From: the human T2T-CHM13v2.0 reference genome, Homo sapiens
Assembly: GCF_009914755.1 (NCBI RefSeq)
Contig: NC_060935.1
DNA: 64,000 nucleotides
Reading direction: 5' to 3' (one strand)
Shown here: piece by piece, positions 25,670 to 38,016 of the stretch
Layout: the number at the start of each line of letters is the position of its first letter
Numbering within the stretch: position 1 is the first letter of the stretch
The notes under the pieces: model-generated
Told to the model about the DNA's origin: nothing
The model's database searches: none
The model's input: only the letters and a program-made list of their open reading frames with translations
Position numbers and translations under genes: made by a program

Positions 25670-27123
25670 AAAAGAGCAGAGAAAGAGAATACACTTTATC
25701 TACTGTAGGATCCGTGCTCTCAGGGATGCGGTGCTCCAAGGCACAGGATCCTGCCTGGTGCACCCCTATATGATGACAGTGACCCCCATCCAGGTGTTTT
25801 GAGGGTGAAGTGGAGGGATGAGTGCAGTGATGACTCACAGGCTGCCAGCATGTGATTTCCCTTCCCCGTTTATGCTTGGTGCTGGGGGTGGTGTTGTAGA
25901 ATGAGTGTCAGCCTGGCTCCCCACCTCCTACCTGTTAATCTTCGGGAGTAGTTGTGAGCATGAGCCCTTCAAGGCATTTCTGTTCTGCCCCAGTTAGGGA
26001 CATGAGGTAAACACAGGCCTTTGGTTTCTCCAGGATTGATATAACCCAGAAGTGTTGGAAAGTTAAGTTTCCATGGGCTTAAGGAACAATAAGAGATGGA
26101 GAAGGGAAAGAGAATGAACAAGATCATTCGTGTTCCTCCTGGTCCTGGCTTGCAGCAGGTCATATGGCTCCAGCGTGGCAGCATGCCCTTCATGTCTCCC
26201 TCCCCTCTCCTAATTCCATCACTCATGCCTCCCAGGAACACATATCCCAATGAGGCGTGCACATAATATTTTTGCTTTTAATTTAACTTATTATACTGAG
26301 AGAATTGTAGATTCACATGCAGTTGAGAAAAATAATACAGAGAGATCCTTGTTCCCTTTACTCAGTCTCCTCCAGTGGTAACACCTAGTAAAACTATAGA
26401 GAATATCACAACCAAGATTTTCTCCTATGCTGTTGTTAGTATTTTACAAACAGTTTTACAGCTTCTATTCTGTACTAAGTTAGTGATCCATTTGGAAGTT
26501 AATTTTTGTATAAAGTGTGAGGTTTAGATCAGTGGTATTTTTTCCCTGTGGATGTTCAACTGCTCCAGCACTGTTCGTTGATGAGATTCTCCCTCTTCCA
26601 CGAAATTGCTTTGCACCTTGGTCAAAATCAATCAGGCATATTTGTGGGGTCTTTCTCTGGATTCTTTTTCTGTTCCGTTAATCTGTGTGTCTATCCCTCC
26701 ACCAATACTACACAATCTTGCTTACTATAGCAATATAATATGTCTTGAAATTAGGTTAGAGTGATTTCTTCTACTTTCTTTTTATTTTTCAAAATTGTTT
26801 CAGCTACTCTAGTTCTTTTCACTTCCTATATAAATTTTAAAACAATTCAGCCTGTATTTATAAAAAAGCTTGCTGGGATTTTGATAGGAATTGCCTTAAA
26901 CCTGCATACCAATTTAGGGAGATTGACATGTTTAATATGTTGAGTTTTCTAACCCACAAATATGGTATGTCTTTCCGTTTATTTAGATCTTCTATTATCT
27001 CTTTTACTAGGATTGTGTAGGATTTAGCATACATGTCCTATACATGTTTTGTCAGATCTATATTTTTCATTTCACATTGTTTTGAGTGATTATAAACGGT
27101 AATGCATGTTAAATTTTGGTGTC

Positions 27124-27361
27124 TTCTATGTACTAAATTGTCATCCCCCTCGAATTGATATGTGGAAACCTAACTCTCAGCGTGATGGTGTTCAGAGATG
27201 GGCCTTTGGTAGGCGATGAGGTTTAGATGAGGTCAGGAGGGTGAGGGCTTCGTGGTAGGATTAGTGCCCTTATGAGAGGAGACCCCAGAGAGCCTCCACA
27301 TGCTCTCAGCAGCATGCTAGGGCATGGAGGAAAGTGCTGTCTACAAGCCAGGAACTGGCTC
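27124..27361 (+). mobile_element. MLT1A-type LTR, 5' part
   Basis: GATGGGCCTTTGG...TTAGATGAGGTCAGGAGGGTG...GGATTAGTGCCCTTATGAGAGGAGAC. Confidence 0.75.
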
Positions 27362-27524
27362 ACAAAATAAGGTGAGCTGTGTTTCCACCTCCTCTATATT
27401 TTGGAAGACATTGTGAAGAATTGGTGTTAATTCTTCTTTATGTGTTTGGTACAATGTACCAGTGAAGCCATCTTGTCCTAACTTTTCTTTGTGGAAACTT
27501 AAAAAAAAACTACTAAGTCAGTAT

Positions 27525-27835
27525 ATTTATTTGTTTGTTTATTTATTTTTGACACAGGTTTTACTCTGTCACTTAGACTGGAGTGCAGTGGTACAACAGT
27601 AGCTCACTGCAGCCTCCAACTCCTGGGCTCAAGTGATCCTCCTGCCTCAGCCTCTTGAGTAACTGGGACTACAGGTGCACACTGCCATACTCTTCTATTT
27701 GTTTTATTTTTATTTTTTGTAAAGATGGGAGTCTCACTTTGTTGTCCAGGCTCTCCTTGAACTCCTAGCCTTAGATCTTCCTGCCTCCACCTCCTAAAGT
27801 GTTGGGATTACAGGTGTGAGCCACAGTGCCTGGCC
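27525..27835 (-). mobile_element. AluJ
   Basis: GCTCACTGCAGCCTCCAACTCCTGGGCTCAAGTGATCCTCC (J-type), ends GCCTGGCC. Confidence 0.9.
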
Positions 27836-30568
27836 TCTATTTACTTGTTAGAGATCTTTTCCTATTTTCTATTTCTTTCTGAGTTAGTTTGTGTAGTTTG
27901 TGTCCTTCTAAACATTTATCCATTTTCACTAGGTTATCTGATTTTTTTGGCACACAATTGTTCACTGTATTCTTTTATAGTACTTTTTATTTCTGTAAAG
28001 TTGATGCTAATGCTTTCACTTTCATTTCTTTTTGTAATAATTCAACCCTTTTTTTGTGGTCTAGCTAAAGGTTTGTCAATTTTGTTGATATTTGTGGAGA
28101 AACAACTTTTATTTTTCTTGATTTTCTCTATTGGTTTTTATTCTTTATTTTGTTTTTCCCACCAGTCATGACTTCCTTCCTTCTAATTGCTTTGGGTTTG
28201 GTTTGCTTTTCTTCTAGTGTCTTCAGGTGAAAGATTAGGTTATAGATTTGAGATTTTTTATTATAGGTGTTTGTAGCTATAAATTTTCTTTTAAGCACTC
28301 TTTTTTGCTATATCCCATATTTTTTGGTATGTTGTGCTTTTGTTTTTCACCTCAAAAGTATTGACTAATATCTCTTCTGTTGTGTTCTTTGTTGTATCCA
28401 TTGCTTGTTTAGCACTTTTTTAATTTTTATAAAGTTGAGAATTTCTCAAATTTTATTTTTTATTTCTAATTTCATTCTATTGTGGATAGAGAACATACTT
28501 TCTATGATTTAAATTGTTAAAAATGTATTAACACTTGTTTTGTGACCTACCATGTGGTCTCTGCTGGAGAGTATTCTGTGTGCACTGAAGAAGAATGTGT
28601 GGAAAGCTGCTGTGGGTGAAGTGTTCCAAAGATGTAGAGATGTCTCATGAGTTTACAGTTTTCTTATGTATTTTATTGCTCTTCTGTCCTGTTGTTTTAT
28701 CCATTACTGAAAGTGGGGTATGGAAACCAACAACTATTACTGTTGAATTATCTCTTTTTCCCTTCATTTATTTTATGCTCATGTATTTTGAAGCTTTCTT
28801 GTTTAATTTGTATATATTCACGACTCTTTTACCTTCTTGATAGATTGACCCTTTTATTATTATAAAATGTCCTTTTGTGGTTTGTGATAACAGTTTTTGT
28901 GTTGAAATCTGTTTTGTCTGATATTGGTATAGATACTCCAATTGGTTTTTGGTTACTGTTTGTGTGCTATCTCATTGTTACCTTCTTACTTTTAATTTAT
29001 TTTTGTCTTTAAATCTTAACAGTATCATTTGTATATAGCACATTGTTGAATTACGTTTTTAAAAGATAGCCTGCCGATCTCTTTCTTTAAATGTTAGTGT
29101 TTAATTTATTATGTTTAATGTAATAATTATTAAGGTTTATTCCTGCATTTTGGTCTTCGCTTTTTAAATATCTGACATCATTTTTGTTTCTTTTTTTATT
29201 ATTACCTTATTTTGTTAAGATATCTTCTCTTACATTGTAATCACATTGTCATTTATTTTACTCATTTTTGTTATTTTTCTAATGCTTGTCCTGGAGGTTA
29301 CGATTAACATTTTGACTCATGACTATGTTGTTTAGATTAATTGCAATATATTATACTTACATAACTTTAATATGATACAAAAACTTTGCTCCAGTTTGAG
29401 TAAAGTATACAATCCTTACCAAATGTTACATTCCTTTATCTACCCATGTAAAATATAATTATCTGAAACGTTTCCTTTACTTACATCTAAAAATACACTA
29501 GACAGTATTATAATATTTTCTTAGCCTTCAAACATAATTTGAAGTATTCAAGAAGAGTTCTAAAGTCTATTGCATTTACTCATCTTTTTAACTATTAGCA
29601 TGTATTTTTCCTTTCCATGATTTTTTCTTTTATTATTTTCTTTCTGTTTAGAGAACTTTCTTATGCATACTTTTAAGGTAGGGTGCTGGTGACAAATTTA
29701 CTTAGTTTTTCTTCATTCGAGAATGTCTTGATTTCTGTTTTATTCTTGCAGGATACTTTTTCTGGATATATAATTCTAGATTAAAAGTTCTTTTCTTCAG
29801 CACTTGAAACAGTGTGCCAATACTTTCTTGCCTTCATGATTTCAGGTGAGAAATACATTGTCATTAGGATTGTTTTTCCTATGTAAGTAAGATGCCTTCA
29901 ATTTTTAGAAATTTGACTCTGATGTTTCTTGGCATGGATATCTTTGAATTTATCCTATTTGGGATTAACTTGGCTTCTTAAAACTGCAGGTGTGTGACTT
30001 CTGACAAATTTGGGAAAATTGTAGCCATTTTTTAAAAAACAGTGTTTCAGCACCAACCGTTTTCTCATCTCTTTTCAGGACTCTAGTGACACAAATATTC
30101 GATATTTTGTCTAGTTCCGTAATATTTTGCATAATCTCTTTTCATTTTTATCAGTCTGTTTTTTCTTATTGTTCAGATTGAGTAATTTCTAATGTTAAAT
30201 CTCAAATTTATGAATTCTTTCCTTTGTCCTTTCCATTTGGATGTTGAGTCAATAAATTGAATTCTTAAATTTATTTTATTGTATTTTTTGTTTTTTCAAT
30301 TTTAATTTTTAAATTTACATTTTGTTTTGGTTCTAAGCTTTCCATTTAGTTTTTATTATCTTCTATTTCTCTGCTGAGATTTTCTATGTTTTTATTTGTT
30401 TCAAGCATGTTTATTATTACTCATTAAAGCATTTTAACCATGACCATTAAAATCTTTGTCAAATAATTCTAACATCTTTGTTATCTCAGTGTTAGTATAT
30501 AATCAATTGTCTTTTTCATTCAAGTTGACATTTCCCTATTTCTTGGCATGACAAGTGATTTTCTTCCT

Positions 30569-30866
30569 TCTTTTTTTTTTTTTTTTTTTCCTGAGACAGG
30601 ATCTTACTCTGTTGCCCAGGCTGGAATGAACATGGCTTACTGTAGCCTTGACCTCCTTTGTTCAAGTGATTCTTCGGCCTCAGCCTCCTGGGTAGCTGGG
30701 ACTGTAGGTGTGCACCACCACCTGGTTAATTTTTTAAATTATTTTTTGTAGAGATGGGATCTCGCCGAATTGCCCAGGCTGGTCTTGAACTCCTGGACTC
30801 AAGTGATTCTTCTGCCTTGGCCTCCCAAAGTGGTGGGATTACAGGCATGAGCTGCCCTGCTTGACT
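30569..30866 (-). mobile_element. AluJ
   Basis: poly(T), GAGACAGGATCTTACTCTG...CTTGACCTCC...CTCCTGGACTCAAGTGAT. Confidence 0.9.
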
Positions 30867-32102
30867 GGACAGATTATTTTCAATTGGAACCTGGATACTT
30901 TGGATAGTGTGGTATGAGACTCTAAATCTTATTTAAGCCTTCTGTTTTCACTGGCTCATTGCTGTCATGTGGAGGCAGAAACCCAGGCTCCCCACTTGGT
31001 CTCTATTGACACCCGGGTTGGGGAGTGCTCCCTGTTATTGCTGTGTGGAAGTGGGAGTCCTGTCTCCCCACGTCTCCACTGATACCCTGGGGGTGAACTG
31101 GTTATTCTCTCTGGGTGCTGGTGAAAGTCCTGGCTTTCCACTAGGCCTCCTCTGATGCTGCTCAGTGTGGAGCAGAAGGAGGGCCTTGTCACCGACAGGC
31201 AGAAGTGGAAGTGCCGGCCTCTGATGTGTTCTCCGTCAACACGGCTGCCCAACAGTGATAATAGTGTCTGCTCCCTCCTCCATCTCCCTTCCCACAACCC
31301 TTGAGAGTGTGAACAAGTCTGGGTGCTTCATCACGGCACTGCAAGGGCAGAAATCAAGGTTTTCCACTCAACTTCTGCTGGTCTGGGTAAGGTGGAGCCA
31401 TGGTTTTTCTAGGGTGTTTGGCTGGAGTAGGGTGGGTCTTGTCTAAAGAGGCTCAGTCCTCCTGTGCTGTCCGTGTCCCTGGTCACTTGGCTAGAGACAG
31501 CAGGGTTCTGCTGGGGACTTTTCCTTGGCTGATTGGTGTTGATGGCTTCTTTGCATCCAAATCTGGGATATATAAGATTTAAAAAATTAGCATACCTCAG
31601 AGAACTCACTGTGGTATTGCTTCTCAATGCTTAGAGTTCTCCCAAGCTCCCAATTGGTCTGCCTTGCTCTTTCTACCTTTCAGTGTCTTTTTATGTTTTC
31701 AAAAACATATTGTGCAGGAATTTCAGTTGTACTTAGTAGGAAACTGTTTTTAGTTGTATCTAAAGTTGTAGGAAAAGTACTTCTGCTCCATCTTCCCAGA
31801 AGTCAAAGTCATCGATACCACATAATCTCTTGCCACAGAATCTAAAATGCCTAAACTTGACAGTGGTTATCAGGAGTGGCTCTCAAAATTAAATTATTGG
31901 AATGAGATTTTACAGTTAGATAAGCACTCATCCAAAGGTACTAGAAACCACAGCGAGTTACTGTTAATAAGCAGGGTGGTGATAACACCTGGTGTATATC
32001 ATATGTACCCCATAATTAGGTAGAATATTATGTATCAGTAAAAATAAAAAATTTTTAAAAAGAAATAAAAATATTGAGTAAATAAATGAATAACTTGATG
32101 AC

Positions 32103-32139
32103 CACACACTCACTCACACACACACACACACACACACAC
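32103..32139. repeat. (CA)n microsatellite
   Basis: Read directly. Confidence 0.9.
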
Positions 32140-32389
32140 CCCGTTTCTGAGGCTTTTGTACTGAGATAGTTAGAAGTTGAAGCTTTGGGATGTGAATAGT
32201 GATGGTGTTCAATTTATACGTGTGCAATGATGGATACAAAAATATGGTATTGGCTGATATTTATCATGGCCTTTGAAGCCTTGCAAAAAGAAAATAACAG
32301 CCACATGGAATCTGAGTGCCTGTCACAATGAAGCTATGCCTCCTCAGTATTTATCTCCTAAGCAGGAAGGGTGAGAGGTAATAACCTAT

Positions 32390-32960
32390 CTGCCACATAA
32401 ATGACAGGATCTGGCTACCATGCACCAGTAGGAAGTTGCTGTGGCAGCATCCCAAAAGATGTTTCGGAAGATCCCTGAAGCTTGGATTTGACAGTGGTGT
32501 ACAGTGAATGAGGCGGTGTTAGGCCTTCCTTGGGATAGGGTTGAGGAAGGGCTCAGAAGGCTCATGAATTTAGACATGTTACCAAAGCTGTGCTATGTGA
32601 GGCCTGAGGGTGCATCATCTGATCATGTTTCCTCAAAGGGACAGGAAAATCGTCCTCCGCTAAGACAAGAAGGCAGGCAGTGGTGAGAGGCCGTTGGTGT
32701 GTTTGAGAAGACGGGTGCGGGAGGAACTCCGAAGGCCACGTTTATGGTGAGGGATGGTATCACGTTCTCCAATATCCACGAGGATTGTGAGGTTCTGGAG
32801 TGACATGGCAGAACCTAGATCTTAAATGTCAGATAAAAGTGGACATAATCTCCATGGTGCGCAGAGGGTGAAGTTGTCTTCAGTATGGTTTGACCCAATG
32901 GCTAACAGACTGCCATGAATCTAGGGACAAATATGTAGGCAGAGGCTCAGGGTATTGCTG
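32390..32960 (+). pseudogene. Decayed ERV-L internal sequence (gag relic; HERV16/ERVL-E-like)
   Basis: Reading frame EAW-*-QWCTVNEAVLGLPWDRVEEGLRRLMNLDMLPKLCYVRPE...DHVSSKGQEN resembles recalled ERV-L Gag (WPTVNEVEMPELPW..VEEGIRRLREVGMLEWIYYVRPE); in-frame stop and apparent frameshift; boundaries approximate. Confidence 0.7.
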
Positions 32961-33237
32961 GATGTATGTGGCGGTGACGTCAGGCTGGCGGCTTTGATGC
33001 GGGTAGGCACGTGGGCGGTGGGAGCCCTTTGCAGTGCGAGCTCCCGGGGAAGTCTGTTTTATGCAAACCACATGCCCAGCAGTAAAACAGATTCTTGCAG
33101 GCAGCGGATCCCAGCTGCACCCTTCTCTTTGTGATTTACATGAGACAGGACAGTAGGGTCTGGGACTCTGGGCTTCCCATGACCTGGCCCCAAACAGGGG
33201 CTCTCAGAAGTTTCAGAAGAAGAAATTGCTGCAGTGG

Positions 33238-33332
33238 TTTTCTCTCTTCCCCGCTTCCCTCCCTTCCTTTCTTCTCTTTCTTCCTTTTCTCTTTCCTCCC
33301 TCCCTCCCTCCTATCCTTCCATTCCTCCCTTT
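33238..33332. repeat. Polypyrimidine (CT-rich) low-complexity tract
   Basis: Read directly. Confidence 0.8.
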
Positions 33333-34804
33333 CAAGTACCTCTTCGCAAACTCCAGGACTTAACAAAGAGAATGTTCTTTTCTCTCTCTTTTTGGATCTT
33401 TGGGGTTAATTCAGCTCATTCTGTCTGCTGGTCCAAGTTAATGCTGTGTTTTAAGGCTCCTCACCTTTTCTTGATGAAAGAAATAGACGTCAGTTTCAGC
33501 AGAACAACCCGATTCATCCTTGGATGTTAATAAGCCTCCATGGGTGGAATCCTGATGCCAACCAGGGCTGGAGTGCCTGGGGGGCTGGGTCTCCTCTTCC
33601 CAGCACTGTGACGAGAGCCCAGCATCATGACCCCAGGCCTTCCAGCCAGGCCAGTGCTACCCCCAGATGATGGGGGCCTTTGGGCTCCATGCACCTGCTT
33701 CATGCCCACAATACTTCCTGAGGAGGAGGAAGAGAGAGAGAGCGTGAGAGCGAGGGTGAAAGCAGGAGAGAGAGAGAGAAGAGGATGGTGTGCATGTGGC
33801 TTCCAGCTTCCACAAGAGCCTCATGAGGGAGGCATAGGAACATTATCTGAGGATTCTGCCAGGTGACGGGGCTTCCCTGGCAGGAAAGAGGGGGCGCAGG
33901 CTGCCTGGTCAGGTGCCACCAGGGCTGCTCAGTGGTCCAGCCTGCTGAGCACCAAGTCGCCTTCACCAAGCGCTTCCTGCCTGCAGAATAAGCCCAGCTG
34001 AGCAGTGCAGAGGAGCCTGAGGGAGAGGGCCCTTGCTAGAACTGCTCTGGATACATCACGCAGGTGCCTCCACTGGGACAGGCAGGCAGCCCTCAGCCAG
34101 GATGGCCGGCCTTGGGGGTGAGGGCAGCTGTCTGTTCATGGCTGTCCTGTGGGAGAGAACAGATGCAGCCTTGTGAACAAATGAGCCTGTCACAGTTGGC
34201 ATCCTTGTGAAATCAAAGTCAGCTGTACTCACTGAGTGAGCTACTTTCTTCTGTGAGTAGTTTATTACAGTTTCCTATACTGTATTATTATACTATATAC
34301 AGGATAAAATATGTGTAACACTATACATTATGCTGTACTATGTTACTTATGGCAGCAGTTTCTACGGCTTTCTACTACATGGAAGGCTGTAAGCCGGGCC
34401 AACAGCGATCCTGACCCTGCAGGTTTCACAGTCACACTCACAACTCATTGTGGAACTGGGTGTGGGGTGGCCTGAGATGTATGTTGCACCAGAGAACCAT
34501 GGGCTTTGGAATCTGTGTGAGGGAGTCAGGGACGCCTGTCGGAGGAGGGGAGACGTGACTGGTTGGTCATGGAAGGCTACAGTTTCGCAGATGGTGTCGG
34601 TGGAGTTTGGGGCAGGGCATTCTGAGCCTGGGAAGGTTTGGGGTGAAGGCCCGGAGGCTGGCGCGTAGGAGGCTAAAGCAGCAGGGAGGTCCGGGGAGAG
34701 TCAGGTGGGGTTGTGTCTTCCACGTTGCAGGCCGTGCTCACAGATGGTGAAAGACGTTGTGGAAAAGAGAGCTCACGAACGAAAAAGGTTGAGTCAAGTC
34801 GCTC

Positions 34805-37006
34805 GGCTGTGCTGTGAGTGTGGGAGGTGCCCGGCTGTGCTGTGGGTGTGGGAGGTGCCCGGCTGTGATGTGAGTGTGGGAGGTGCCCGGCTGTGCTGTG
34901 GGTGTGGGAGGTGCCCGGCTGTGCTGTGAGTGTGGGAGGTGCCCGGCTGTGCTGTGGGTGTGGGAGGTGCCCGGCTGTGATGTGAGTGTGGGAGGTGCCC
35001 GGCTGTGCTGTGGGTGTGGGAGGTGCCCGGCTGTGATGTGAGTGTGGGAGGTGCCCGGCTGTGCTGTGGGTGTGGGAGGTGCCCGGCTGTGCTGTGAGTG
35101 TGGGAGGTGCCCGGCTGTGATGTGGGTGTGGGAGGTGCCCGGCTGTGCTGTGAGTGTGGGAGGTGCCCGGCTGTGATGTGAGTGTGGGAGGTGCCCGGCT
35201 GTGCTGTGGGTGTGGGAGGTGCCCGGCTGTGCTGTGGGTGTGGGAGGTGCCCGGCTGTGCTGTGGGTGTGGGAGGTGCCCGGCTGTGCTGTGGGTGTGGG
35301 AGGTGCCCGGCTGTGCTGTGGGTGTGGGAGGTGCCCGGCTGTGATGTGGGTGTGGGAGGTGCCCGGCTGTGATGTGAGTGTGGGAGGTGCCCGGCTGTGC
35401 TGTGGGTGTGGGAGGTGCCCGGCTGTGCTGTGGGTGTGGGAGGTGCCCGGCTGTGATGTGGGTGTGGGAGGTGCTCGGCTGTGCTGTGGGTGTGGGAGGT
35501 GCTCGGCTGTGATGTGGGTGTGGGAGGTGCCCGGCTGTGCTGTGGGTGTGGGAGGTGCCCGGCTGTGCTGTGAGTGTGGGAGGTGCCCGGCTGTGATGTG
35601 GGTGTGGGAGGTGCCCGGCTGTGCTGTGAATGTGGGAGGTGCTCGGCTGTGCTGTGGGTGTGAGAGGTGCCCGGCTGTGCTGTGGGTGTGGGAGGTGCCC
35701 GGCTGTGCTGTGGGTGTGGGAGGTGCCCGGCTGTGATGTGGGTGTGGGAGGTGCCCGGCTGTGCTGTGGGTGTGGGAGGTGCCCGGCTGTGCTGTGGGTG
35801 TGGGAGGTGCCCGGCTGTGCTGTGAGTGTGGGAGGTGCCCGGCTGTGATGTGGGTGTGGGAGGTGCCCGGCTGTGCTGTGGGTGTGGGAGGTGCCCGGCT
35901 GTGCTGTGGGTGTGGGAGGTGCCCGGCTGTGCTGTGAGTGTGGGAGGTGCCCGGCTGTGATGTGGGTGTGGGAGGTGCCCGGCTGTGCTGTGGGTGTGGG
36001 AGGTGCCCGGCTGTGATGTGAGTGTGGGAGGTGCCCGGCTGTGCTGTGAGTGTGGGAGGTGCCCGGCTGTGATGTGGGTGTGGGAGGTGCCCGGCTGTGC
36101 TGTGAGTGTGGGAGGTGCCCGGCTGTGATGTGAGTGTGGGAGGTGCCCGGCTGTGCTGTGGGTGTGGGAGGTGCCCGGCTGTGATGTGGGTGTGGGAGGT
36201 GCCCGGCTGTGCTGTGGGTGTGGGAGGTGCCCGGCTGTGCTGTGGGTGTGGGAGGTGCCCGGCTGTGCTGTGGGTGTGGGAGGTGCCCGGCTGTGATGTG
36301 GGTGTGGGAGGTGCCCGGCTGTGATGTGAGTGTGGGAGGTGCCCGGCTGTGCTGTGGGTGTGGGAGGTGCCCGGCTGTGCTGTGGGTGTGGGAGGTGCCC
36401 GGCTGTGATGTGGGTGTGGGAGGTGCTCGGCTGTGCTGTGGGTGTGGGAGGTGCTCGGCTGTGATGTGGGTGTGGGAGGTGCCCGGCTGTGCTGTGGGTG
36501 TGGGAGGTGCCCGGCTGTGCTGTGAGTGTGGGAGGTGCCCGGCTGTGATGTGGGTGTGGGAGGTGCCCGGCTGTGCTGTGAATGTGGGAGGTGCTCGGCT
36601 GTGCTGTGGGTGTGAGAGGTGCCCGGCTGTGCTGTGGGTGTGGGAGGTGCCCGGCTGTGCTGTGGGTGTGGGAGGTGCCCGGCTGTGATGTGGGTGTGGG
36701 AGGTGCCCGGCTGTGCTGTGGGTGTGGGAGGTGCCCGGCTGTGCTGTGGGTGTGGGAGGTGCCCGGCTGTGCTGTGAGTGTGGGAGGTGCCCGGCTGTGA
36801 TGTGGGTGTGGGAGGTGCCCGGCTGTGCTGTGGGTGTGGGAGGTGCCCGGCTGTGATGTGAGTGTGGGAGGTGCCCGGCTGTGCTGTGAGTGTGGGAGGT
36901 GCCCGGCTGTGCTGTGAGTGTGGGAGGTGCTCGGCTGTGCTGTGAGTGTGGGAGGTGCCCGGCTGTGCTGTGGGTGTGGGAGGTGCCCGGCTGTGCTGTG
37001 AGTGTG
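34805..37006. repeat. 28-bp VNTR, 78 full copies plus one partial
   Basis: GGCTGTG(C/A)TGTG(G/A)GTGTGGGAGGTGC(C/T)C in exact 28-bp phase from 34805 to 36961 (77 x 28) with no indels. Confidence 0.99.
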
Positions 37007-37896
37007 AGCCCGAGAGCCGCGGAGAACACGTGGAGCTCTTGCAGTGGCGAACACGTTTCTTCCTAAAGGAGACACACAGCAATTTTGCTTTCCATGTCCA
37101 TTCTTGGGATTGTCTTTCGTGAATGAGTTAACGGACGCAGAGAAAGCACTGAGTCTTCCCAGAGGGCCAGTGAGGGGCCAGCTACGCAAGGCTTCCCATC
37201 CCTGGGGCGCAGCACTCCTGATACCAGGCAGAGGTGTGTCCAGCCCGGAGCTTGAGCAGCAGCAGCGCCTCCTGACCGACTCCATGGGGTTGGCCTCAGG
37301 GCCTCCCAGGACCCGCCCAGCCCGGAGACCAGCCCGCAGGCCACATTCCTTTCTTCCTGCAGCGGGGTGTGTGTGCATGTGCACGCGTGTGCAATGTGTG
37401 TGTGTGCACATGCATGTGCGTGTCTTCACAAATTCATCCTGGACCACTTCTCTCCATCTCTGCTGCCCATCTCCAGGCTGTGGGGGAGGATCCCTTCCCC
37501 TGCCCACCCTCTCACATCCACTCAGAACTGGTATTTGAGGGAGAGCCTTGGAATCCACAAATCCAATGCTTTAAAAGTCAACCTCAGAAAGGGAGGGAGC
37601 GATTCCCTTCCTCCTGGGTGTGGCAGCTGAAAACCCCTGGAAACAGATGTGCTCAGAGTCCTGAAGAAGACAGGGCGTGGCCAGGAGCCTCAGGCAGGGT
37701 CCTGGGTCAGTGTTCCATGCTGGAGGTGCTGGGGGAGGTGCTGGCTTCATGATGGCCTCATCTTCAACTCAGTGACAGGGAGGGTCACACACATGCTCCT
37801 AGCCTGCTTCCTCTCCCTTCCCTAGGACAACTCACCTCCCATGACCTGGGTGTGGGCACGAAGATCTCCCTTGGGCCTCAGACAGTGGACGCTGCC

Positions 37897-37973
37897 GTGT
37901 GTGTGTGTGTGTGTGTGTGCAGCTATCTCACCCAAGTGTGTGTGCATGTGTGTGTGTGCAGCTATCTCACCCA
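37897..37973. repeat. (TG)n microsatellite with duplicated flank
   Basis: (TG)n-CAGCTATCTCACCCA occurs twice, period 39. Confidence 0.9.
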
Positions 37974-38016
37974 GGGCCAACTTCCTCCCACAAATATAGG
38001 TTATTTGTAACTCTCT

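Larger units (their letters stand above)
26268..31810 (-). mobile_element. Long decayed L1M (L1MC/L1MD class) interrupted by MLT1A and two AluJ
   Basis: 3' UTR GTAGATTCACATGCAGTTG...ATACAGAGAGATCC at 26320; T-rich antisense ORF2-like sequence (GCTGGGATTTTGATAGGAATTGC; GTCTAGCTAAAGGTTTGTCAATTTTGTTGAT); GC-richer 5'-like part at 30900-31800. May be more than one element. Confidence 0.75.

Noticed and set aside
34805-37006. CRISPR-like array (28-bp repeats)
   Set aside because: Units are head-to-tail with no spacers, and the context is mammalian with no cas genes
34805-37006. PRDM9 13-mer (CCNCCNTNNCCNC) in VNTR units
   Set aside because: Best match CCTCCCACACCCA misses 2 of the 8 fixed positions
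34673-37558. 961/763/762-aa ORFs as a real mucin-like or His-rich gene
   Set aside because: They arise from a stop-free tandem repeat open in all three frames; GTG start for the longest, no signal peptide, and no recognisable domain in the unique flanks
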